Of a stretch of 64,000 nucleotides of DNA, positions 40,212 to 47,942 are shown one piece after another (the stretch's first letter is position 1; each line of letters opens with the position of its first letter). The position numbers were made by a program, and so were the translations under genes. The notes under the pieces are model-generated. The model saw only the letters and a program-made list of their open reading frames with translations, was not told the origin of the DNA and made no database searches. This stretch comes from Planctomycetota bacterium (GTDB lineage: Bacteria > Planctomycetota > UBA1135 > UBA2386): the NCBI GenBank assembly GCA_965223545.1, contig OZ245006.1, positions 3,680,001-3,744,000 on the forward strand, in the 5' to 3' direction.

Positions 40212-41114
40212 ATGCACGACTCCACATACCGCCCTCTCGCTATCGCCTGTTTGTCAGCGATGGCTCTTGGCCTCGCCGCGACGCTCGACGCACAAACACC
40301 GCCAGGCGCGTGTACGCAGGAGAGCACCGCGTTTGCCACCGCCGAGGGTGGTTGCAAGGATCTCGGCTCCGGATTGGTCTGGAGCGCCAGCACCTACAAC
40401 GCCGCAGGGCGCATCCACACGTGGCCAGAAGCCGACTCCTATTGCGCAAACCTGGTCGAGGGCGGATTCGACGATTGGCGGCTGCCGACGATCGACGAGC
40501 ACCTCGAGTCGCTTACGAACGGCATCAAGAGCCACGTCGCCTGGGCGCCCTACGACCGCCCCTGGGCTGCCAAGACCCAGGGGAACTGGGCGTTCTACGT
40601 CGATTGGGGCACGGAGGAGGCCGTGCGGACTCTACAGCGCAGCACGTTCGTCCACTTCTGCGTCCGCGGAGCCTCGGGCGGGGGCAAAGGCGGGGGGAAG
40701 GGCGGCGGAAAGCCCAAGTCCACACAACGGCTGCAGGCCGGCACGTGGTCCTTCGACGTCGCCGCCCCGGAACATGCCGGCCGCGAGTTCTTGCTGCTGG
40801 TAGGGCTGCCGACGCAATCCCCGAACACCGCCGCCGCGCCGCCGATTGGCCAAATGCCCATCGCGCAGGGGAATGTGGTCCGGCGCCTCGACGGCGCCGG
40901 CCGCGCGCGCATCGATCTCGGCCTGGCGGGTCTGCCGGCAGACCGCGCGCCGGAGCAGACGTGGGTGGGGTTGGTGGTTCTTGCTCCCGACCTTCCCGGG
41001 GGCGTCGCCGAAGTCTTGACTCTGGCCCGACCCCGCGACGGGCGGGCGGAGAGTTCGGACGGGGAACGCAGCCAACTCGAAGCCGATCGGAGCCAATCGA
41101 TCCAGAGTCGTTGA
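40212..41114 (+). CDS. Secreted DUF1566 (Lcl-type) domain protein
   Basis: Signal peptide; D..SGLVW, TWPEADSYCANL..GGFDDWRLPTIDE, ..CVRG; GGGK linker. Confidence 0.8.
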   Translation: MHDSTYRPLAIACLSAMALGLAATLDAQTPPGACTQESTAFATAEGGCKDLGSGLVWSASTYNAAGRIHTWPEADSYCANLVEGGFDDWRLPTIDEHLESLTNGIKSHVAWAPYDRPWAAKTQGNWAFYVDWGTEEAVRTLQRSTFVHFCVRGASGGGKGGGKGGGKPKSTQRLQAGTWSFDVAAPEHAGREFLLLVGLPTQSPNTAAAPPIGQMPIAQGNVVRRLDGAGRARIDLGLAGLPADRAPEQTWVGLVVLAPDLPGGVAEVLTLARPRDGRAESSDGERSQLEADRSQSIQSR

Positions 41115-41216
41115 CCCTGCAGCGGACCACCGCGTGAGATCCTCGCGCCGCGCGCCGAGTGTCCACTTGCACGCGCCTTGCACGCCCCGGGGTCCACCGA
41201 TAGCATCGGCGGAGAG

Positions 41217-41672
41217 GTGTCAGGTGGATTCTCAAGCCAGCGTGAGACGCAGGCCCAAGCGCTGCGTGAACGCGAGCGCGTCGCCCGACGCCGCATGCTG
41301 CTCACTGCGGCCGGGACCCTGGTGGCCGGCAGCGGCTTGGGCTTCCTCGGCGGCCGCTCTTGGGCCCCGGCGGCACCAGACGTTCAGCGCAAGCGAGTCA
41401 CGACCCCGACTGCGCTCGCCGGTCTCGCGGTCGGGCCCCTAGCCGAACTCTTGCGCGCCTCGCCGACGTATCTGAGTCTGCTCGTGCAGCACGAGCAGGT
41501 CGCGGACGCGGAGTGGTTCGGTGTCGCCCGACTCACGACCGCCGCTCTCGAAGACCACCCCGACGCCCCGGCCTCGCTGGCGCGCGGCCTACTGCGCTTC
41601 GCGCGGGCACGCGACGGAATCCCGGGCCCCATTCGCCAAGGCCTCGACCTCTTGGCCCAGCGCACGCGATGA
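41217..41672 (+). CDS. Hypothetical protein with twin-arginine-like segment and TM
   Basis: TTGCAC-N17-TAGCAT (41178-41206) upstream; ARRRMLLTAAGTLVAGSGLGFLGG. Confidence 0.6.
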   Translation: MSGGFSSQRETQAQALRERERVARRRMLLTAAGTLVAGSGLGFLGGRSWAPAAPDVQRKRVTTPTALAGLAVGPLAELLRASPTYLSLLVQHEQVADAEWFGVARLTTAALEDHPDAPASLARGLLRFARARDGIPGPIRQGLDLLAQRTR

Positions 41673-41929
41673 GCAGCACACTGCAGTCTTCGCTGTCGGC
41701 CGAACCGGATCCAGCGGTCCAGGGCGAAGATCTGTGTGTGACCTATACGGGCAACGACTCACTCTACTACTCGGTGGACGACGGCCCCTTCCAGGAGCTG
41801 CCGCTCGACGGCGACGGCAACGGCACGATCCAGGTGCCGGCGGGCGCCGAGTCCATCGTGCTCTCCAACTTGAAGCTCCCGGACCCCACCAACCTCGACG
41901 TCGAGGTCATCAGCACCCGCGGTCCGTGA
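41669..41929 (+). CDS. Small acidic beta-rich hypothetical protein
   Basis: ATGA overlap with the previous gene; MSSTLQSSLSAEPDPAVQG..., codon usage fits the window. Confidence 0.65.
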   Translation: MSSTLQSSLSAEPDPAVQGEDLCVTYTGNDSLYYSVDDGPFQELPLDGDGNGTIQVPAGAESIVLSNLKLPDPTNLDVEVISTRGP

Positions 41930-41956
41930 GCACCGGGTGAAAGGACCGACCACGCC

Positions 41957-43232
41957 ATGCCACGCTGCCTCGTTCCCGTCTTGCTGCTCTTGCCCGCGCT
42001 CGCGTCGGGGCAGTCGGTGGTGGTACCCGCGGCCTACGCCAACGCAGAGGCGCGCTCGCTCGGTGAAGTTCCGGGCTTCACCGGCCGCTTCCGCATGCAG
42101 GTCGTGGTCGATGGATCGACGCTTTCGAGCCTGGCGGGGCGAAGCCTGGACGGCATCTGGTTGCGCCGCGACCGCCAGTTCGACCGCGCCTACCCGGCTT
42201 CTTGGGCACAGCTGCGCGTCGGCGTGTCCCACGCGCGCACGACACCCTCGACCGCGTCGCCCGCGTTCATCGCAAACCATGCAGCAGTGCCCAGTATCGT
42301 CTTCGACGGCAACTTGACGCTGCCCAGCTCGCTGCCGACGCCGCCACCCTATCCCTGGCAGAGTCCGTTCGCGGTGCGCATCCCCTTCACACCGACGTTC
42401 GCTTACGCGGGCGGCCCGCTGTGCCTGGAGTTCGAGGGCGAGGTCGGCGCCCCGCAAGGAACCTTGTGGCCTGTCGACTTCTTCCAAGAGCTCAGCGCGG
42501 CCACGGCCGCAACCAAACTCGGATGCCGCTTGTTGGCGGAACAGCTCGGAAGGCCTGACACATCCGCCGCCGCGCTGAGCCAGGAGGCACTGTCTCTCCG
42601 AGCCTCCGGCGCGGCCGCGTCGCTGCCAGGGCAGCGGCGTCGCCTCGAAAGTGTTGTCGAAGCTCGAAGATTCGAGGCGCCGGAGGCTCATTGGCAGCAC
42701 GGTGCAGAAAGTCGGCGTGCCGTGTGGTGACACCACCTCCCGCATCGGTGTGACCGCGAACACGCGCGCACGAAACCTCGCGCCGGGGAGCTCGCTTCTG
42801 GTCTCCACGTTCGGCGAACCCGGGACTTCGGGGTTGTTGGCGCTCGGCTCGACGGCGACTCAAGTGCCTCTAGCCGCATTCGGGGCGCCGGGCTGCACGC
42901 TGTACCTACAGCCCGTCGCGACGCTGCCGTTCGCCTTCCCGCTCACTGGCACCCTCGACGCCGAACACACGATCGCGCTGGCGTTGCCTGGCAGCACGGG
43001 CCTACTCAATGCGGTCTTCTTCGCACAGGCGATCAACCTCGAGACACCCGGCCGCAGCAATCCCGCCGGCCTCACGACGACGAACGCGCTGCGGCTGCAA
43101 GTGGGGTCGGTGCCGCCACCCGCCACAATGACCGTCGTCGCCACACGAGCCGTCGCCGCTGGTGCGCCTTGGCCGGCGACTGGCGACGTGTTCGTTTCCC
43201 GTGGCCCGGTGCTGCGCTTCGACGCGCGTTGA
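41957..43232 (+). pseudogene. Secreted protein (359 aa when restored) split by a 196-bp element
   Basis: Signal MPRCLVPVLLLLPALASGQ; deleting 42495-42690 gives in-frame VDFFQEL-IGSTVQKVGVPCG and leads into the recurrent C-terminal domain. Confidence 0.9.
42495..42690 (+). mobile_element. ~200-bp structured non-coding element, copy C
   Basis: GCTCA at 42490-42494 and 42686-42690; stem GAGCCTCCGGCGC (42600-42612) / GCGCCGGAGGCTC (42677-42689). Confidence 0.92.
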
Positions 43233-43248
43233 CCGGTAACGCGATCGG

Positions 43249-43283
43249 GTGATGAACAGGAGCCTGGCTCCGTACTATCGCTA
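43249..43283. repeat. REP-like palindrome, copy 3
   Basis: GTGATGAACA-GGAGCC-T-GGCTCC-GTAC-TATCG-CTA between convergent genes. Confidence 0.7.
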
Positions 43284-44573
43284 GTCGTATTGCTCGAGGA
43301 AGCGCGCAAGGAGGTGGAAGTCGCTGCTTGGCTCGATCAAGCGCACGCGGGCGCGCAAAGTGTCTTGATCGATCAGCTGATCGAACGGGACGTAGCAGAG
43401 TTCGAGCTGGCCTCGCGTCGACACCATGACGCGATCCAGGCCTTGCTCGGCGAGGGCCCGGTAGGCGCCGACGCCGAGCTGGGAACCGAGGACAACATCG
43501 AAGGCGTGCGGTCGGGCGCAGCGCGCCTCGTAGCCGAGCTGCACGCCGCGCACCTTGCGCTTCTTGCCGGTGCGCGCAGCGTACGCGGCGGTCACGCGGC
43601 GCTCGAACAGCTGCGCGGTGTTGAGTGAGCCGATGCGGATGTGGCCGTGGTCGTCGCGCGGCACGTCGCGCAACGCCTCGTCGGGCAGCATGCCGGCCAG
43701 CCCCTCGGCGATGACTACGACTCCGAAGGGCTTGCCCTCACGGTCACGCGCCACCATCTTGTCGACGATGCGCTCGACCACTCGGTCGATCACCATGACG
43801 GCGTGCTCGCGTGGCTCGCCGTGCTCGTCGGTGACGGTCTCGGTGCCGCGCAGCTCGCCGACGATGTCTTCCACGCCGATCACCAAGCTGGCCTCGCCGG
43901 CAATGGCGGCGCCGTACGCCAGCCAACCGGCGCTGCGCCCCATCGTCTCGGCGATGAAGTAGGCCCGCGTCGCCTCGGCGTCGTAGAGGAGATTGCGCAG
44001 CTCGGTGGCGAGCGTCTCGACGGCGGTGAAGTAGCCGAACGTGAAGTCGATGCCGTTGTAGTCGTTGTCGATCGTCTTGGGCACGTGGACCACGCGCACC
44101 CGCGGCTTCTCCTTCGGCAACCGCGTCTGATACGCCGCGAACAGACTCGCCGTCTTCAGCGTGTCGTCCCCGCCGATCGACACCAGCGCCTCCACTTGCA
44201 GCGAGCGCAGCGCTTCATACACGATGCGCAGGGGTTGGCAGCGCTCGGCGTCATCGAGATCCTCGGCGCAACGGATCGCCTTGCCCGGGTTGGCGCGGGC
44301 CGTGCCGAGCAGGATGCCTTGCCGGCTGCGCGAACGACGCAGCGTCGCGTGACCGAGCAAGAGATAGTCGTCGCCTTCGGCGAGCGGTCGCTGTGGACCG
44401 TACTCGAGCAATCGCGCATAGCCATGGCGGCAGCCGATCACGCCGATGCCGTTGCGAAGGAACGACACGGCAGCTGCGGAGATCACGGCGTTGGCAGCCG
44501 GCGCGGGCCCGCCGCTGAAGAGGATCGCGACGCGGGTGAAGAGCGTGGTGGGGTGCGGGGGACGGTCGACCAA
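43281..44573 (-). CDS. Phosphofructokinase, PfkA family, probably PPi-dependent
   Basis: SGGPAPAAN, LGTAR, GGDDT and PKTIDND (the Asp/Lys pair typical of PPi use), ETMGR, LGYEAR; start uncertain. Confidence 0.9.
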   Translation of the reverse strand: MVDRPPHPTTLFTRVAILFSGGPAPAANAVISAAAVSFLRNGIGVIGCRHGYARLLEYGPQRPLAEGDDYLLLGHATLRRSRSRQGILLGTARANPGKAIRCAEDLDDAERCQPLRIVYEALRSLQVEALVSIGGDDTLKTASLFAAYQTRLPKEKPRVRVVHVPKTIDNDYNGIDFTFGYFTAVETLATELRNLLYDAEATRAYFIAETMGRSAGWLAYGAAIAGEASLVIGVEDIVGELRGTETVTDEHGEPREHAVMVIDRVVERIVDKMVARDREGKPFGVVVIAEGLAGMLPDEALRDVPRDDHGHIRIGSLNTAQLFERRVTAAYAARTGKKRKVRGVQLGYEARCARPHAFDVVLGSQLGVGAYRALAEQGLDRVMVSTRGQLELCYVPFDQLIDQDTLRARVRLIEPSSDFHLLARFLEQYD

Positions 44574-44752
44574 AGGACGTATCCGGGATGGGAGCCAGCG
44601 AGTTCGGCGAAGGACGCGTTTTAAGCGGATCGTGACCCCGACGGCAATCGGGCGGAAGGTACCGAACGGTAGTGTCAAGCGATATCAGCAATACTAGCAC
44701 GGCAGAGCAAGCTTCCATAGAGGCCGGGCGCCTTTGTTCTGACACTAGTCAT

Positions 44753-45100
44753 TCACTCTAGATGCAGCCGACCAGCCCTCCACTCTTGCAATACCATCTT
44801 GGCAGAGAAACCCGTGAGGTCCGGCCGTTCCGCGACTCTCTCCAACACCGTTTCCGCCTCCTTTGCCTGTGAGGCCTCTGCCAACAAGTATGTTGCGGCT
44901 AGGTACTTGACATGGTCGTCGTCATTTTCCAAGAACGGTGTGAGGGCTTCTGCCGTAACCTGCATCTCGCGCGCTCGCCTAACGAGCAGCACTAGTTTGT
45001 GGTATTCCCCGTTCGCCGCCTCACTGTTGCCGACCTCGAGAGCTTCCCCCTGTCGGCGAGCCGACCGAACAAAACTCTCTCGCAATTCATGCATATTCAT
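44753..45100 (-). CDS. DUF2019-like putative immunity protein
   Basis: F...A..QG.A...G.S..AN.....L...V...AA.YLL...A.MVL.EW..G.L pattern; lower GC; overlaps the toxin-fragment stop. Confidence 0.7.
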   Translation of the reverse strand: MNMHELRESFVRSARRQGEALEVGNSEAANGEYHKLVLLVRRAREMQVTAEALTPFLENDDDHVKYLAATYLLAEASQAKEAETVLERVAERPDLTGFSAKMVLQEWRAGRLHLE

Positions 45101-45330
45101 TGGGTTACTCCGAACTGTCGCAGCGCAAACGCGTGTTGCTGGGTGAGCGGCTCCCTTTTCATCCAGCTCTCCACATTGGGCCCATTGGGAGACGGCTGTA
45201 TGCTGCTATAAGATCCAGAAACTTGTCTGTCCACGGGCAAGGGTTCCGCAACAATGTTGTTTGTGTTCAGTATCGCGTTCGCGCCGAACTGGCCAATCTT
45301 ACTCTGCACGGCCATCCATCCCACCATCGC
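45097..45330 (-). pseudogene. Orphan polymorphic-toxin C-terminal tip (HNH-like), degenerate
   Basis: QSKIGQFGANAILNTNNIV...RQVSGSYSSIQP...V.SW.....QQHAF; no delivery domain upstream; limits approximate. Confidence 0.5.
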
Positions 45331-45503
45331 TTGCCCGACTCGGACACGTGTTTCCAGCGATCGGCTAAGCGGACGCAACTCGAGCGCCGACCGGGGGGCC
45401 AAGGGCGAAGAGCGGGCGAGTGGCAGCCGCTCGCTCATTTCTCAACTCTGACCCGCCCAGAAATCGGTCGACACGAGCGGCGCCCGGTCGCGACGATGGG
45501 CCC

Positions 45504-47036
45504 GTGACTCGATCCAACGGCAACTGCGCGAGCGCGTCGGCTCTTCTCACCACCGTGCTGCTGTCCTGCGCGCCGCATACGGTCGCGGATGGAACGCAGA
45601 GCCAGCGTCCGAACATCGTCGTCATCCTGGCAGACGACATGGGCTACGGCGACGTCGGCGCGCTGAACTCGGCGTCGTCGATCCCGACCCCGAACCTCGA
45701 CCGGCTGGCCCGAGAGGGGATGACCTTTACCGACGGCCACTCGCCCTCCGCGGTGTGCACGCCGACCCGCTACGCGATGCTGACCGGGCGCTACTGCTGG
45801 CGCACCCGGCTGAAGAGCGGCGTCCTCGGTGGCTACAGCCCGCCGTTGCTGGAGCCCGGCAGACGCACCTTTGCCGACCTTCTCGCCGGGAACGGCTACG
45901 CGACCGCGGCGATCGGCAAGTGGCACCTCGGCATGCGGATGCCGGTGCTGGCCGATGACGCCAACCGCAACCAGTGGCAGGGTGACCCGGGCATCGACTG
46001 GGACGGCAGGATCGAAGCCGGCCCGACCACCCACGGCTTCGGCTACTACTTCGGAATCAGCGCGTCGCTGGACATGGCGCCCTATGTCTACATCCGCGAC
46101 GACCGCTTCACGATGGCGCCAACGGAGCAGCAGCCCGCGGTTGCGTTTCCGCATTTCGTCCGCCAGGGGCCACGCGCAGCGGACTTCACGCCCGACACCG
46201 TTCTCGACCGCCTCACCGAAGAGGCCGTCGCGTTCGTGCAAAGGGCAGCGGCCCAGTCCGCACCGTTCCTGCTCTATTTGCCGCTGAGCGCACCACACAA
46301 GCCGACGCAGCCGCACGAGCGGTTCCGCGGCAATACCGGTCTCGGCGAGTACGGAGACTTCGTCGCGCAGGTCGACTGGAGCGTCGGCGCCGTGATGGAC
46401 AGCCTCGAGGCAGCAGGAGTGCTGGATGACACTCTGTTGATCTACACCTCCGACAACGGATCGTACATGCGCCGGCTCGCCGGCACCGAGAAAGACCACG
46501 TCGACGACCCGAAGGTGCAGGCCTATCGCACCGACCGGCACCGACCCAACGGGAACCTGCGCGGCACCAAGGCGGACATTTGGGAAGCCGGTCATCGTGT
46601 GCCCCTGCTGGTGCGGTGGCCCGGCGTCGTGGCGAAGGGAAGCCGGTGCGCGACGACCGTGTGCACCGTCGATCTGTTCGCCACGTTCGCCGAGATCGTC
46701 GGTGCGGAAGTCGGCGCGGACGAGGCCGAAGACAGCCTCTCCATGCTGTCCCTGCTGCGCGGAGGCGACACTCCACGGGCAGCGCCCGTCGTCCATCACT
46801 CGGCGTCCGGCATGTTCGCGGTGCGCGAAGGCCGCTGGAAGCTCGTGCTCGGCAACGGCTCGGGTGGTCGCGAGGCCCCCAAGGGAAAACCGTTCGAGCC
46901 GCCGTTCTCGCTGTTCGACCTGGAGGCCGATCCGGGCGAGACCCAGGATCTCGCGGCCGAACGCCCCGAAATCGTCGAGCACCTGACCGCGGTGTTGGAC
47001 CAACTGCGCAAGCGCGGCCGCAGCGTGGCACGATAG
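45504..47036 (+). CDS. Arylsulfatase (formylglycine-dependent, Cys-type)
   Basis: RPNIVVILADDMGYGD, CTPTR..MLTGR, GKWHLG, YTSDNG, LFDLEADPGE; start uncertain. Confidence 0.93.
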   Translation: MTRSNGNCASASALLTTVLLSCAPHTVADGTQSQRPNIVVILADDMGYGDVGALNSASSIPTPNLDRLAREGMTFTDGHSPSAVCTPTRYAMLTGRYCWRTRLKSGVLGGYSPPLLEPGRRTFADLLAGNGYATAAIGKWHLGMRMPVLADDANRNQWQGDPGIDWDGRIEAGPTTHGFGYYFGISASLDMAPYVYIRDDRFTMAPTEQQPAVAFPHFVRQGPRAADFTPDTVLDRLTEEAVAFVQRAAAQSAPFLLYLPLSAPHKPTQPHERFRGNTGLGEYGDFVAQVDWSVGAVMDSLEAAGVLDDTLLIYTSDNGSYMRRLAGTEKDHVDDPKVQAYRTDRHRPNGNLRGTKADIWEAGHRVPLLVRWPGVVAKGSRCATTVCTVDLFATFAEIVGAEVGADEAEDSLSMLSLLRGGDTPRAAPVVHHSASGMFAVREGRWKLVLGNGSGGREAPKGKPFEPPFSLFDLEADPGETQDLAAERPEIVEHLTAVLDQLRKRGRSVAR

Positions 47037-47057
47037 CGGCACCCGCTCCGCCATCGC

Positions 47058-47918
47058 ATGCGCAATCATCCAGACACGCCTCTGCCTCGATTGCACCGGC
47101 CGACGGCGGCCGCGTTCCGCCGCTTCGAATCCGCCGGCCAGCCCTGCGTGATCACCGGTGTCGCCACCGAGTGGCCAGCGATGCAGCGCTGGGACGTGCC
47201 GTATCTCGTTGACGCCGCTGGCGACGCCTGGCTCGATGCCCACTTCCGAGAAGACGGTGATTTCCGGCTGTACTACACGCCCCTCGGTCGCGACGATCGG
47301 CGCATTCGGTTGCGCGATCTGCTGACGATTCTCACAGCCGAACCGCCCGATCGACGCTACTTCGTCACCGAGACCGACCTCGACTTGTTGTCGGATGCGT
47401 TGGTACACGACGTCGACGCCCATCCCTACACCGATGGGTCGCCGCGGCTGTTCCTCGGGCGCGACACGTGCATGCCACTTCACTTCCATGCCACGACCGA
47501 GGCGCTGCTGTGCCAGCTGCGGGGCGAGAAGGAGGTCGTGCTCTACTCACCGGCTCAGTACGGCAACCTGTACCCGAACTCGTGGCGGTCGCCGTCGTGG
47601 CTGTTCAGCAGGATCGAGACGGCGCGGCAGGTGCAGGCCTTCGACGGCCCGACCGCGCATCTCCGCTTGGCAGACAGGCCCGATGCCGCCTATCCACGGT
47701 TCGACCGAGCGCAGCCGCTCAGGGTGCGGCTGCGACCCGGAGAGATGCTGTACCTGCCGGTGCAATGGTGGCACCTGACGACCTGCGCCGGTTTTCAGTA
47801 CAACGTGACCTTCTTCTGGCGCTCGCAACGCCGGCGCTACTGCTACCCACAGCCCGGCTTCCAAGTGCTGCTGCGCGAAGTCTGGGCCAGGACACGAGGG
47901 CGACGGCCGCGGACGTGA
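47058..47918 (+). CDS. JmjC/cupin-like (Cupin_8) protein
   Basis: PCVITG..WPAM.RW, PLHFH...LLCQLRGEK.V.L.SP, LRPGEMLYLPVQWWH. Confidence 0.85.
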   Translation: MRNHPDTPLPRLHRPTAAAFRRFESAGQPCVITGVATEWPAMQRWDVPYLVDAAGDAWLDAHFREDGDFRLYYTPLGRDDRRIRLRDLLTILTAEPPDRRYFVTETDLDLLSDALVHDVDAHPYTDGSPRLFLGRDTCMPLHFHATTEALLCQLRGEKEVVLYSPAQYGNLYPNSWRSPSWLFSRIETARQVQAFDGPTAHLRLADRPDAAYPRFDRAQPLRVRLRPGEMLYLPVQWWHLTTCAGFQYNVTFFWRSQRRRYCYPQPGFQVLLREVWARTRGRRPRT

Positions 47919-47942
47919 CCCGCCGGCCCGGCGGTCGACACC

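Noticed and set aside
40212..41114. DUF1566 gene as a DGR target
   Set aside because: No template repeat or RT found in the window
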